A stretch of DNA of 64,000 nt, taken from assembly GCA_012295275.1 (NCBI GenBank), contig CM022670.1, positions 15,810,001-15,874,000 of the forward strand. The letters are read 5' to 3'. This DNA is from Chrysomallon squamiferum (Eukaryota > Animalia > Mollusca). Numbering within the stretch: position 1 is the stretch's first letter; each line of letters opens with the position of its first letter. This document shows positions 1 through 21,553 of the stretch, piece after piece. The translations under genes were made by a program, and so were the position numbers. The notes under the pieces are model-generated. The model did not search any database. It had not been told where the DNA came from and was given only the letters and a program-made list of their open reading frames with translations.

Positions 1-889
1 TATTCAAGTAAAAATCAGTATTAACCGTATATATACCTTGAAAGGAGTTATATTTTTGCATTTATCAATTTAAAAAGAGAAAGTAAAATGATATAGTTTT
101 GATACAATGATTAAATTGTAAGTCTTTGTTAAGGATCCCTTACAGCTCATTGAAAAGAAGACCCTATTAAATGCTGCTAATTTTTTTCTTGATGTTAATA
201 CAAAATCTACATATTTATCAGATATAAGCTTGAGATAACATGTTGTTCCAAATAAATTGATACTAGAATTTATTGTAATAATTGATAATTTATTTTCTGT
301 ATTAATTTAAAAGAAATAACTTGTACGTTTTTTAATATTCATAATTTAATGAAACCAAGATTTTGTTATCTGAATTAATTCAGTTTATATAATATATAGA
401 TATTCCTACATTTTAAAATTATTTATATACATTTATAACAATCTAAAAAAAATACCTAATATTTAGAGAAACAAAAATATGAATTAGTGCTCCACATTTA
501 TATATTACTATATATATAATAATAATTATTAAGATAATCACACCATATTTATAATTCTTTATGACAAAGAATATTTCACTGTATATTCTAACTATATATG
601 AACATATAATATACCCAGCCATTCTGCAACCAGTGCTACCTATACGTAACTTAGCTGATGGCATAGAATTGCAGGAATAGAATGGATTATTATTTTGAGC
701 TGACACCTCTACAAATTGTATGGCTAATTTATGGATTTAACAAATTAATATAATTAGTTAATGGTGTTGATTTAGACAAAATGTAGTGTAGAGAATGAAT
801 AAAGTGTTACAAAATATGTCAGTCATTCACTACAGATGCATATGCTTACTATGAAACATTGACACTGCCAATAATAATTCTTGCTTAGA

Positions 890-1310
890 CACCTGATGAA
901 AACCAGTCAGCAGAGTAGGATGTAGCATGTCAGACCATATCCATGTTGTAAACCAATTAAAGACGGAGAAATGTGTGTAATATCTCACATTGCATGGTTT
1001 TAACCGAAAACAAGAAAACTTTCAGCTCATTGGAAACTGAAGCAATAGTGATCCCTTTACAACAGTGAGGGATAGAAGATAGAAAGTGTGTATGTTGAAC
1101 CCATGAAAAATATTCTATTATTGTTCACCTACATAAAGAAAGCAACAAAATCCAAATCAAGAAAGAATACAACAGGGAAACACTGTAAGATCCAAGCCAT
1201 TTACAACAACACTGGGGAGAATATTTTGAAATCATAAGCTTGAGAATAGCTGGAAAATATATCAGACACATTCACAGGTGATGACATGCTCCTAATTGCA
1301 AATACATCCT
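890..1310 (+). mobile_element. Decayed non-LTR retrotransposon (RTE-like) reverse-transcriptase fragment
   Basis: Frameshifted peptides in RT order: DHIHVVNQL..EKC (from 933), IKK/IQQGNTVRSKPFTTTLGRIF (~1156-1226; cf. GVRQGDxISPKLF), and GDDMLLIA (~1277-1300; cf. FADDxxLIA). Several stops and indels, no intact ORF. Confidence 0.7.
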
Positions 1311-1545
1311 AAAACTATGTCCAGTATGTCATAAAAAATTCAAAGTTGTCAGTCAAATAGTTCTAAAAAAAAATGAATTTTTTAATATTTAAATTATTTT
1401 GTGCCTGATGCACACAATTGCCATTTTGAAGCAAGATTGTCTCTGACAAAGCTCATTTGATAATATGTCATACTACGTGTTCCAAATATTCAGTGTAATA
1501 TTTGTCCGCTATTAGAGTGTAATAATACTTTTTTTTTTCTTTTTT

Positions 1546-1576
<31 letters not shown>

Positions 1577-1867
1577 TAATAATATAATTTACACATCAAT
1601 ATACCACTAATAATAACAATCTTGTTTGTTTTTTGGTTGTTTTCCTTTATTTATTTACTTAATATTATCATAATTATGCAGTTTAAATATATAGGATAAA
1701 TTAGGTAACAATGATGTGGGCACACGCTAAAATGTATCAACATTATTTTAAAACAGAATTTAAAATATCAGCAAGATTTCGAAAGTATATTCATCTCTCA
1801 AATTATAGTATCATGATCAATAATCATGAAAATAGTCAATTACTGCATTTATTATTTTTTCAGCTTC

Positions 1868-1909
<42 letters not shown>

Positions 1910-2128
1910 TGATACGAGGAAATGATTAAGGCTTCCATAATTTATAATAATAACTAAAATTTCACTAAAATTCCATGAATAACATGTCAGATTTCATAGG
2001 CACTGTCAATAGCAGAACCTCAATTTCTTTACACAAACATTTTTTTTTTTTTTTTTTTTTTTTTCTTAACCTCTAAGGTCAAGGTAGATAATTCTTACCT
2101 AAATGTAATACGGACTGTACTTAAACGA

Positions 2129-4384
2129 ATGGAAACGATAGATAGAAAGACTTTGGAGATAAAATTAAATGAGATTTTATCACCGTTTGGCTTTGAATTT
2201 CATCCATTTAAGGTAATAAAACTGACTAAACTGAAAGTCCACTTTAAATGCGGTCAAAATAATCCAGTACACGTGGTAAACAAACATCCGGGTCCCCTTT
2301 TGTTTCTTGTTATTCTCCCATTTTATTTTGCCACTATGTTTAAATCCGTAAAACTAAACTTCACCTCACTTTATTTATCTTTTGTTTGTCATTGAAAGTA
2401 CTTCTGTTATTATTAACAGAAATTAAAGGCAACCAAATGGCATATTTTACCTATAATAGAAACTGACCTTGTTGCAGTTTATTTAACTCGTGATTTTCCT
2501 TACTAACCAGACACGTGACAATATTAATTCTCATCAATCTTTGTGTCGGCTAATAATTAAACATTTTATTTGCAAATTTTAACAATAAATATATTATTCC
2601 AAAAGAATAGCTGAAAAATGGCGACAAATCTAATGCAATACCGTACATACATTTGTGCGTGTGTGTTATCTGTTTCAGATGTCATAAAAATTGACCGAGA
2701 TTCTAATAACATGCATGCTCACACATCAAGATTAATTTGTATTTAGACTTTAGTGGAAAAATTTGGATTATGCTGTTTCCAAAATAATGATTAAAGACTA
2801 ACTGTTTTACAGGTTGGCTGGTATAACGAAAAAGTGGATGAGTCATTTGCTTTGCCTTACCCTGATGATACACTAGCATTTCTGATTATCAGCACTCCTG
2901 ATGTTTTTGAAAAAGCCTTCAAACCATTTATATGTCGACAAGACTGTCTCGGATCTGGCGATCCTATTGATGAATGCATGATTTATCATCTTAATTTGGT
3001 CAAACGGGTACTGAAATTACAAAAATTAGCAGTTTTAAGAGTTGAAGAAAACAATTGAAGCATAGACGATTTATGTATCATAACACTAATTAATAATATA
3101 AATAATTAAAATGGTACAAATTAGAGTTTAGCAATTTTAATAGATTGGATAAGTACAAAAATATTTTCTATGTATTATTTAAAAAGAAAAAATTATAATA
3201 ATTCCATGAAATAAAAAAAAAATCAAATGCAAATAATATAAATATCAATATATATATTTTTTAATACTTCATGAATATTACAGATACTTCCTGATGACCA
3301 AGTGGATGTCATTCATGATTTTGAGATGACATTTAGTCGTCGACCCAGATTACTGGTACAGACAGCCGGCCATGTTTCAGGGGCCACCTACTATTATCAG
3401 AAATCTGATCTAGAAGAAAATACTTGGCCAGCTAAATCAGTAAGTGAAGCGAGAGTGTATTGATCTGATGTCTATGTGTCTTCTTTCCTTTTTTTGTTCT
3501 TTCTGTTATTTTTATATTTTTTAATTGATTTCGTTTAAGGTATTTTTGAAAATTACACAATGCGTAAAATGTATTAATTCATTCTTGAACACAACTTTAA
3601 TGTAAATAACATAATAGAGAATATGTGACTGACCTCATTTTATAAATGTTAATTTAGAGAAAGAATGTGAATAAAGCAGTTCTGTATTGATCTGCACCAC
3701 GTCTTTTTGACTGTTTTTAATTTTTACTTTGTCAGAAACACATAAAACACTGAGTGGGAGAAATTCAGAATGCATTTAGGTGAAATACTACTCCAGCTTC
3801 TTTTCATTTGCTTGTTGACTGCATGTCAAGGCCAGCAGTGATTAGGAATGATATTGATCTCTGTAGATCACTTCATGTGCCATAAAACGTCTTCTGGAGA
3901 GTTGTAAATGAAAACTGAAGAAAAATAAACTTTGAACATGTTACATATAATTTAAAATTTAAAAAAAAAAAAAAAAAATGCATTCATTTGATCAATTTCT
4001 TCAGCAATAAGAAAGTTTTCACTATAAATAACACATAGTTTTTCATTTCAGAAAATACATGGTGTGAGTGTTCATCCAAAATATGGTGGGTGGTTTGCAT
4101 TTCGTGGTGCTTTGATTTTCAAAAGCATACGTTGTTCAGATCTTGAGAAGAAGGATCCCGTTGACTGTGTGCCAACCCAAGAAATGAGAAAAGAACTTCT
4201 TGAAAGATTTAACTATCACTGGCAGGACTGGTCTTTCCGAGACATCGTACCTGCTGTAAAACAATATTCTGAAGAGCAGAAAATGTATTTCAAAACCTTA
4301 CCTAAAAATAGGAAAGAATTGGTTGAGAAAATGAAGAAAGAAAGACATATGCAGGAATTAGAAACTAAACAAAATGTATTGTAA
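2129..4384 (+). CDS. MMACHC: Cyanocobalamin reductase / alkylcobalamin dealkylase (cblC, MMACHC), 4 exons, ~255 aa
   Basis: Exons 2129-2212 (METID...PFGFEFHPFK|gtaata), 2813-3007 (VGWYNEKV...STPDVFEKAF...DPIDEC...LVKR), 3284-3439 (ILPDDQVDVIHDFEM...RRPRLLVQTAGHVSGATYYYQ...|gtaagt) and 4052-4384 (KIHGVSVHPKYGGWFAFRG...ERFNYHWQDWSFRD...TAA). All introns are GT-AG, phase 0, and the motifs are characteristic of MMACHC. Confidence 0.96.
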
Positions 4385-7300
4385 ATTGCATGTTAAAGAT
4401 TCCAGTGAAAGATTTAGGTGAAAATACAAAGGTACAAGAATAATTTAGCAGAGATTAAATCATTTTTTATCTTTTATATTTTCTATATTTACAATCCACA
4501 ATTGTTTTCTTTCTGTACCTCATACATGCGTTCCTGTTTGGGTTTTTAATTTTTCTTCTTTCTTTCTCGTGAAGATGATCAGGTTATGTTAATACCAGTG
4601 AATTTTATTTGTTAGAAAAATTATTAAATTATTATTATTATTTTTGTTTTGTTTTTTTTGTTTGTTGAAATAAATATATGATTTACTGCTCTTTCTTTAT
4701 TTAATTTTCAAATCATCTCAGTATAAAATTATTTATTTCCCAATCTTAACATAAGCACTGTACCAAACATTTGTTATTGTTGACTTCAGGTGGACTGCAG
4801 TACCATGAAAATATAAAGTTATCTCCAGGAAAGTTGAGCTGTGGTACAAATTCTGGGCTACTGGCCTCAAGACTGACACATTTGCACACTTGATGGTTGT
4901 GTTCTAAGCATTCAGTATTTAGTTTTTATGACATACTTGGTTATTTTTTAAGACAATAATAGAAACTAGATCATTAGCTTATGAATTATCTTTGTCATGC
5001 AGCATTTTAAATAAATAAAAACAACACATCAAAAACCATTTTTTAATTCCCTCGTTTATTGCACCATCCTGCAAAAAATTAAATACTTAAATAAACAAAG
5101 TTTTGTGGTAAATATTTAATATTTATTTTAAAAAATATCCAAGTCATACTTTTCTAATTTTAATTACATTAATTATGTCTTGTTTATAGAATTATGCAAA
5201 TTTGTTTCAGTGCTGATTTCAGAGTATTTTGGATTGATGTTTTTACTCTGACAGTTTAAAACTGACTAAAAACTGATTGCTGTGTGTCATTAATCATCAG
5301 TCTAAGAAGAAGGAAATAAAATCTACACGTAAAGTGTAGGCATGGTACAACATGACTTTATGTGGTTCTTTTATTCGTAAGTGAATGTCCAAGAAAGCAT
5401 ACATTTAAAAATGTATATGTCACATAATAAGACATAAAGTGCAAAGTTATATTGTCAAAGATACAGGAAATCATAAAGTACTACAAAATAAAGCTTTGTC
5501 AAAACAGACAATCAAAATAATATTAACAAATTAAAAAAACATGCCTGTTAAATATTATTGGCACATATAAAGTGTAATGTGGTTTGGATTGTCTTTTCTT
5601 GCAACTAAACGAGTGAAAATAATTTTTTCTTTTACGTAAATAAATTTAGTGAATTTTTCTTGACTTTTGGGGGGGTTTTCAACAAAATAAATAAGTGACA
5701 ACAATTATTAAAATCTGTTTTTGGTAATGAATCCATATATTATTTGAGACAGATAACATTTAAGAGCTTTGTTTTCCACAAAGCATTGCCATTTTAAACT
5801 ACAAAATATAAAAGCCATCCATTTGCTATATGTAATAGTTACATTTGTGAAATTGAAAATCATAAGCAATTAAACAAAATAGTCCTTTACAAGTCTCTTT
5901 AAAAATTTAATTATTTTCAGGAATACATGAAGTAAATATTAATATATATGATATTGTAGACTTTCAGTCTAAAACACAAAAGAAGTGTTATGGTATATAT
6001 ATATATATTTTATTTTATTTTAATTTTTTTTTAAACACTGGAAGTTACAACTTTATGAAACTTTATATAATTTCTCTGTAATATGCATTTGTTACCAATA
6101 GTTATAATAATAATTATCAAAAATTAACAATTTCAGGAAAGAAGGATTTATTAAAAAGAAGACTTAAGATATAACTTTTTATCCCTTTCCAGTATTTAAG
6201 GAATTTTCTGTATGCTTTGTTCACCACCTGTAAAGGACATTTAAAGTTCTATTCAGCATTTTCACAGCAGAAAAACATTGGTATGATTGCAAAAATGTTT
6301 GGAACATATACTGTGACAAAGAACATTTTTAAAAATTAAAAATCCTTTCTGACATCTCATTTGAATGTTATATCTATGCCATATTATTTGCATTTTTTCC
6401 TGTTGCATTAATATATATATATATATATATATTAGTAAAATTGTTTCAGCAAAGGATGCTTTTATCAATATGCATAATATGCTCAAAACTGGAATATATT
6501 TACATGTGAAAAAAGATGTTCTTAAGAAATGATTACATTATTGTAAATTGGCCAAAGGAAAAAGAGTGTCAGTAGTTTGTTCTATGTCTGAGTCTGTTTC
6601 CTTTAAAGTGAATAATTGTGCTAGAAGTGATCCTTATGTTGAAAGATGAATATTCCAAAAAGTCTCAAATTACCCTGTTAATTGTTCAAGAATTATTGAT
6701 GAAAATGCAGCAGCATCATATTATATCTAATGTGGACTCAATTTATAAATGAACATTTATCAGTTTTCTTACAAAAATATTATTTTTAAATTAGAATAAA
6801 CATAACAAAATATAAAATTTACAACAAATGAATAATGCAAAATTAACATAATATCAGCACATATATTAATATAAACAAAGATGGAAAAATAAGTAGCCGA
6901 CAAAATTTAAAAAGTGCTAAAATCAATTAATGATGTTCTATGGTTCAAATAATAGTTACTTTAATACAATCAAAAGAAAGCTACCACAATAATCAATACA
7001 ATTAACTAATAACTGCTGTAATATTTTCAATATAAAGGGTTTATTTTTGTTCTGATAAGCCAGGAATATCTAACACATTATTCCAGAAATTAAAAACTGA
7101 TGAGTTGAAAAAGCACTACATTTTCTGAACATTTTTGTATAGCCTGAAAAACCTTTCAGAAGCAGTAATAACAAATTGTGCCTTCCAAAATAATGGCTTA
7201 CTCTAATGATTTAAAACATCAGCATTTCAGGAACAGACACAAATTAATCATTTTTATTTCTGTAAAACAATTTCCTTTGTCTAAAATTAATGAAGGTGCT

Positions 7301-8394
7301 TGTTAGTTTATAAATAACATTTTAAACGATAACAATTTACAAATAGCCTGATAACATATAATTTTATATTAAATTTTATAATTATCTGCCTGCTGCCTTT
7401 TTATCATAAGCAATAAATAACATATCAAAAATGACTTTAATGTTATGCAAGTTTCTTAACCCAATACTGTGCACTAAAGCTGAATAATATTAAGACTAGA
7501 AACTGGCCATCAATCGCCTGAAAAAAACAAAAAAAAACAACAAAAAATAATTCAGGACAGATAGATGGAAGGACATGACTTGTACGCTCTACCCTGACTA
7601 TAATAATTTAATAAATAAATGCAATGAAATAAATAATCATCTTTCACACAGCCATTTAAAAGTGTGACTACTTATAAAATATCAAATTAGCAACAAACAA
7701 AATAACAACATAATAATAATTTAAAACATGAAAAGGATTATTCAAATATCATCAATTAAAAATTTTTCATAAATATTCAATATTTTCTATTTCCTTTACT
7801 TATTTTCTATATTCTTATTTTTATCATAGAATTTAAATTATGTTTTTAATAAACAGTTGAAAATTAGTGTTATAACGCTTACAAGACCATTAACAGAAAT
7901 ATAATTCAAAATTGTAAATAAGAACTACAAATTAAAGATCACGAAATGTTATATTCTGATTTACAGACTTAAACATACAATTAATTATCCCTACTGAAAC
8001 AAAACTGCATTTCTTTTTTTGGTTTCATGTGACAGTAAATTCATTTTTCTTTTTTTTCTTTTATTTCTCATTATTTTTAATATAATTTTTTTTTTTTTTT
8101 TTTTTAAATTATTTATTTATTTATTTATTTATTTGTCTTTTTGCTACATTTTTTCTTCTTCATGAAAGGAGATGTATAGATTTCCTGAAAGTGAACTATT
8201 TTAGACCAAAAGTAAAAATATTATTTACATTTCAGGTCAGTTTAATACTTTTAGCTATTTAATATGAAATCCATGCACCAACAGAAATTTATATGATTGA
8301 TACATACTTGTTTTTATTACTGGATACTTTGTCAGTTTAATATTTTTAAATTACACTAAAGGTACTACTTTTTCTTATTTCAGTAAAATATTGA

Positions 8395-8545
8395 TAAATT
8401 AATAGTTATATTCTTAGTTACATTTACATAATTCTAGCTTTCACTGTGATAAAAATGAACTTAAAATAAATTAATAGTTATATTCTTAGTTACATTTACA
8501 TAATTCTAGCTTTCACTGTGATAAAAATAAACTTAAAATAAATTT
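8395..8545. repeat. Near-perfect 72-bp tandem duplication (2 copies)
   Basis: aatagttatattcttagttacatttacataattctagctttcactgtgataaaaat starts at 8401 and again at 8473. Confidence 0.9.
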
Positions 8546-9819
8546 ATAACTGCAATTATATTCCATGACCATAAGCTCACCAAATAAAATGTATTATAAT
8601 ACATAAATAACACAAATACATTATCTCCATAACAGAAAAAAGGCTAAATACCTCATAAATCAAAATATCATATAAATTGAAATTACATTTTAATATCATA
8701 AAAGTGGTTCTATTACAAAAAAGATACACATACATAAATACATATGCATGTATATATGTATGTATGATGATGGTATGTATAAAACCTTTTAAAAAGTATT
8801 TATTTTCGACAAAGTTAAATACTGAACAATGAGCATCCCAAATTCTATCTTAATAAGATTTAAAAGGTCATAACCTCTTTATATAAAAACCAGCAATTTA
8901 TTATATGGACACCCAAAATAAAAAAAATGAAAACATTTTAATTAGGAATGGGAGAACAAAAAAACCCCTAGTAAAATGAAAGCCATTATTTCATTTAAAA
9001 ATACTTACTAGAGAAAACAAATCTGACTACCTAAAGCTTAAAACTAACTGATATTGAAGCGTAAATGTTGAAAATTATAATAGTCACACTGTCTTTTATT
9101 AACACAAGCAGTGACTGTCACATCAAAAAGAACAACAAATATTAAAAATCTAAATATGCATACTTTCTAAATTTGCTGAAAACAAAATAAATTAATTAAA
9201 TCTAAAATGATCAAAATGAAATTTCAGTTGTGTTGTGTAACATGGTACAGAGTTTTTTTTCACCTGCACCATATTCATTTAATAAGAAAATTGAAATATA
9301 TACCCCAAAAATAATAATAATTTCCTAATAATCCAAGCACCAAACAATATCCCCAAACCAATATAAGGTCATCATATAATTCTGCAAATCCTTAATACAA
9401 CTGCCTCTTACGACATCTGGAATATGAACGTAAATGAGCTTTGATAACACCATCGGTTGGCAGATATGTAAATTATAAATTTAATTTACAAAATATGTAT
9501 TTAAGAGTAGAATATTCTTTACAAAAAGGTTTAAATAATTAGGTTTTTATTAATTTTTTTATAAAAATATATTTTAAAAATTATTTTCTTTTTTTCTTAC
9601 ATAAAAGCATCTTGATTCAAATTAAGTACAAAATCTATATTCATACACTGAAAACAAGAAGTAAGTGCTGGAGACAAATTTTGTTAATGTTGTTTAATAT
9701 TCTGCCTTGATTTCCCTTGTTGATGTCTGGCACTTGTCTAAAGATAAACGTTTTTTTTAAAAATCATTAAGGCCGTTGACAATCCATTTGGTTTCTCAAA
9801 GAGGTCAATACACAGACAT

Positions 9820-16571
<6,752 letters not shown>

Positions 16572-17884
16572 GACAAATTCTGTAACAATAAAACAGTTTA
16601 AAAATGGTTGTTATACAATTTATATATACAAAATATGTACAATTGATGTGATTGCATGTGTGTGTGTGTTTTCTGTATATACATACAGTGAAACTTCTCA
16701 CAAAACCCAAACTGTCTGAAAAATTAGGGATCTTTGATTTATAAATCGTTTAACAGCAAAACCTCTTATACCAAATACACCTAAAAACCACACTTTTCCT
16801 TTATTGCAACACTGTTCATTTTGAGGAATTTTTACAATGTATAAAAAATATATATATGCATGCAAGTATGTACCCACATTTATCAAATTATGTATTCAAC
16901 TTCAGAACGACAATCTGTAAAATATGACATGAAATAAATACTCTGTTTACATAGAAACACAGACTAAAGAAACTGTGTACATTACATGATGAATATACAG
17001 AACCTACGCAGATACAAAATACTGAACTGGAATCTTTATATTAAGAAGCTTCTAAACAAACATGACATGAAATCTAAGAAGAAAAGTTTACACTGAAAAG
17101 GTTTTTCTAAAATAATGTTTTTTATAAAGTATAAAATACATCTGAAAAATAAACATTTACTAAGTTTATAATTAGCTCAATCTCAATAATAAATGCTGCC
17201 CAGTATGAAAAGCATGCTTGATTTAAAAATAAGTATTTGTTATTATTACTTACTCTATGTGTGTGTGTGAGGGTGTGTGTTAGTGTGTGTGAGAGTGTTT
17301 ATTAACAGAGGTGGGGGAAAAAAGGATAATCCTTAAATTATTAATAACCGATTGCAGATGGGTAAAAATAAAATGTCTAAATCTAAAACAGTTTCTTTAG
17401 AAATGAGTTTTAGAATCGACTTCTATACCAACATTTTAAATTATTATCAACAAATAAATTTATTGTAGGTTTTTAACACTACAAATAAGACAATATCAAA
17501 TAATACATTTTTAAAAAATTCAATGAATGGAAAGTCTGAAAACCAAAGATTGTTAAATATTTGTGTTAACCCTGTAACTAAAGCTATTAATAAAATATGT
17601 CAGTCAGGCAAGTTGACTGTATACATCATAAGAATTCAGTAATAGATGAAATGCATTATTGTATAATTATAATACAGTTTAATAACTTAAAAATAAATTT
17701 AATAACAACAACAAAATACACAAAAATAATTTAAAATCAAAATAAAACCCAAATATAATTTAAAAAAATTTAAAATATATTTATTTGAAATTGTATTTAC
17801 CCACAATTTTATTAAAACTGAGGTTGGATATTTTTAATTATTTGTCTATTTTATATCTATATTTTTTCGTTAAAAATAAATATG

Positions 17885-17886
<2 letters not shown>

Positions 17887-17925
<39 letters not shown>
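17887..17925. repeat. (TG)n microsatellite
   Basis: Directly visible. Confidence 0.9.
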
Positions 17926-17926
<1 letters not shown>

Positions 17927-17929
17927 ACT

Positions 17930-18400
17930 CAGAAATACTCAGTGCAACTTACAGTGATAGTGCCGGTCAAACCGAATTCGGTCGAATCAGTGCGAGATAA
18001 AGCTACTTAGATAATTTGGTGTTAAATTATATTATATATAAAACAGATTCAGCCTGTATGTGATTTACCGATTGAAAAATAATAGTAAAAAGCTGAAAAT
18101 AACTCACGAATCTAATAAACACTGTTGTTATTTATGTGGCAACGCCTCAACGTGGACACATTAGAAATAGGCAATAGTTAACTCCCTTTGTCTCCGAAGT
18201 CCAAATCGACCTCATTCGGACGAGCACGACCAATAATCGAATTGTAACAGATGTCATCCTGCCTAATACATGTGATGACATGTTGGTGTTTTCACGAATT
18301 TCAACTATTTGTTAATAAAATGTATTAAATGGGATTAACATTTGACACACGGATTCCTTCCTCAGTTTACAACGAAACGAAACGCCTCAGTGATGACTGA
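17930..18400 (-). promoter_or_regulatory. Probable GALE promoter and non-coding first exon
   Basis: The GALE ATG lies 8 nt after an acceptor (ttgttacag, AG at 16581-16580), so an upstream UTR exon is required. This CpG-retaining block has a minus-strand donor GTGAGT at 18107-18102 and a CCAAT at ~18231. Confidence 0.5.
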
Positions 18401-18946
18401 AAGCAAAATCAAACAGCGTGAAATGAATGACAGTTCTATAAATATTGCCGACATCGGATCCCAGTAACTGGATGTTACCGAATACAGTTATACTGCGTAT
18501 AGTAATGCAGTAAAAAAGCATTAACCACAAACACCAATATGCTTCTAATTTTAATTTAAAAAATAAGTATACATTAACAAACAATAATGCATCCAGCCTG
18601 GTATTAACCATTACACAAAACAAACATGACATTTTTTTATTATTATTATTTCACAGAATACAGAATGTCGTCAAAAACTCTGATAGAATATTTTTTAAGG
18701 TTCAGTGTCTGGTGACACGAGTTATTTTACTACTAAATGTTAGAAGTAAAATTTGAATTCCATGTACATGAAAACAATAATACATAAATAAATAATTAGT
18801 AATTATATATAATAATATCATCTGGATCTTCAAAAAGTCAACAAAAAACAAAAAAAAAAAAAAAAAAAAAAAAAAAATAAATAAATAAATAAATACAAAA
18901 CAAACAACAGCAAACCTACTTTGGTCTGCCAAAATTAGATACTAGG

Positions 18947-19041
18947 CAGTGGTGGATGACATTTGTGGGGCTCTAAAGCTTAACTGTTATTAGGGTACTC
19001 AAATCTTAAGCTTCATTAATGTTATAATTGATCCGCCCCTG
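18947..19041. mobile_element. Short MITE-like element with imperfect terminal inverted repeats
   Basis: Left end cagtggtggatg (18947-18958) and right end gatccgcccctg (19030-19041; reverse complement caggggcggatc). Target-site duplication is not clean. Confidence 0.5.
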
Positions 19042-19120
19042 GTGCTGGTAATGAACGGCATCATCCTGTAAGAATAATATCATTGCATTTTCTCAAACAT
19101 TATTAATCAAGATTTCTTGC

Positions 19121-19151
<31 letters not shown>

Positions 19152-19329
19152 ATAAAAAGAATCTATAACTGCAGAAAAATGTAGTTAACTAGTTTTAACT
19201 GTTTGAAGCAAGTGTTTTACTACCAAAGCCCATCAAAGATCCCTTTTATGACTTTCGAAATCCATAACAGATAAATTTTATTTTCAAAATCTTGGTACTA
19301 CAGTTTTATTTCTGAAGTAACTTTTATAC

Positions 19330-20363
19330 TGTTCTTGGCAGCCAGTAAAACTGACCTTGACATCTTCGCAAAACAAACTGCGTCTCGATAGTGCAGACGT
19401 CTAATTCGACTGGAGAACCATTTAATAGTGAATACGAGTATTGCTGAATATTTCCACATCTTTGGAAAAATAATTCGTTTTTCTAGGCCATGATTGAGGA
19501 AAATATTTAAGGTGAGACAAATACCTAATTAATGACGATTTTAAAATCTAGTCTTCAGAACAGTGTTGAAATAATTTTGTCTGTTCTTTATTGATTGTTT
19601 AATGTTTGGATTCCTCTCATCAGAATGAATCACCAAGCCAATTGTTAATGTATATGAATAAAATAAATACCATTGCGTATAGATCAATTTATATAAAACA
19701 GCCCTCTGTCTTTGGAATTTGTTCCTGTACGTTATATTTTTATATTTATCTTTTTCAAAATACGTTTCTACAGAAATAATACTGAATGTGTATATTAAAC
19801 GAATAACATATTAATAATTTTCAAGCCGGTTCTATCAATTTCAATTTTACTTATAATTAATGCTAAGGCAGTATATTTTATATTCCTGATAATATAGAAT
19901 GAATTAAGTAGGCCGCCATTTTGAAAAAAAAGAAGAAGCCTACAGCCATGGTGAACACGAGTCTATTTTCGAGAACCTATCTCGATAGGTAATCTAAACC
20001 ACTTGCCTTCATTCCTTCCGACCATTTTGGTGCTGTGAGCACTGCATGTGCTTTGCGCAGAACTTGAAAATGTCAGTGCAGTGAATTTGTTACTAGTAAA
20101 TACATTTTTTAAACAGGAGCTTTTTTAAACAGTTCATAACATGTTCAAGTTATTCAGTGGGATGCAGAAAATATCAGAATACTTGAAATAAAATGACTTA
20201 TAAACAAACACAAAACGTTAAAAAAACAAAACAACAGAAAACAAAAACATCCACAAACAAACCTAGATGTGCTGCAGCAGAATAATATTATGTGTAATAA
20301 TTTATTTCCAAAATAAACTAGTATTTGCTTCTACTAGAAAAGGTGTTGTTGTTGTTGTTTGTT

Positions 20364-20408
<45 letters not shown>

Positions 20409-20850
20409 CCTGTATAATCTGTTTTCGTTAACATTTCAAACCCTCTCGAGATACATTCAGTATGAATATCAGGTATAAACTGTTAAGCCTAAATTACATG
20501 TCAAGTACATGGACGTAACATCATATTAACCTCGAAATGTTTTCTCCCATCAGTAGACGTTTTCTGTAATACATCGGCTTTTAATTATTTTCAAGACAGA
20601 AGAGGTGCCAGTTACAGTGACGTGGGACTTACTAATTACACCGTGTGTGCCAGTCGTTGGCTGTTTATCAACCATCTGAGCGAAATATAGGTATGAAATA
20701 ATTATCTTTTGCGTAAGATACTGCATCTGTCAGACGATATAATAAGTCTGCAAGAATAGTCAGTTATTAGTAAATTTAGTAATCTTTCAAAAAAAAAAAA
20801 AAGATGAGTTTATATTTCAGTGAGATAAATGCCGTCGTTTAAGGTTTGGT
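19330..20850 (+). promoter_or_regulatory. Probable promoter and leader exons of the F-box locus
   Basis: CpG-retaining region with TGACCTTGA at ~19353. Candidate donors AAG|gtgaga (19511), TAG|gtatga (20690) and AAG|gtttgg (20843). Short uORF ATG ATT GAG GAA AAT ATT TAA at 19490. Confidence 0.4.
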
Positions 20851-21329
20851 GTAACATATGTATTTAAAACTGAGAAAATCTACTGATTTAAAAAATGTGA
20901 TATTGTTTCTGCATCATTGATACCAAAGAAATTAATTATGAGTCATTCCTTCTGTGTGGAAATGGTATTATTTATGCAGTAATAAATATTCCAAAAGGGA
21001 TAAAGGATTACATTAAAATGTTCATAAACTATTTTTTTTTTTTTTTTTTTATATATTTATATATATATATATATAAAATCATTTAGTTAGCAAATATTTG
21101 TTGTTGTTGTTGTTTTGTTTTTTTTGTGTATCTTCATTATGATCTGAATTATAATTGTTGTCAGTATTTTAAAGACTTATGTCTGGTAATAATTATAAAG
21201 ACTATTTTTTCTTGTACACTCACAATAACAAAATAATTTGTTCAACAAATATTAACTTGATCCATAAACATATAAAATAATTACATCCAAAAATATACGT
21301 AGATTTGTCTCTTCTTTTCCTTTGACACG

Positions 21330-21359
21330 CTTTTTTTTTTTTTTTTTTTTTTATTTATT

Positions 21360-21403
<44 letters not shown>

Positions 21404-21404
21404 T

Positions 21405-21448
<44 letters not shown>

Positions 21449-21485
21449 TTATTTATTTATTAATTTATTTATTAATTTATTTTGT
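21330..21485. repeat. Long poly(T)/(TTTA)n tract upstream of F-box ORF 1
   Basis: Directly visible; it lies ahead of acceptor-like AGs at 21503-21504 and 21552-21553. Confidence 0.85.
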
Positions 21486-21553
21486 TCCATTTTATTTTGA
21501 ACAGGAAATTTTCTCCGGTTATAATATTTTATGAAATATTAATGTTTTTTTAG

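Noticed and set aside
9760-9815. KPNGL-like echo of the GALE C-terminus downstream of the stop
   Set aside because: Out of frame, too short and without its own clear acceptor; probably chance.
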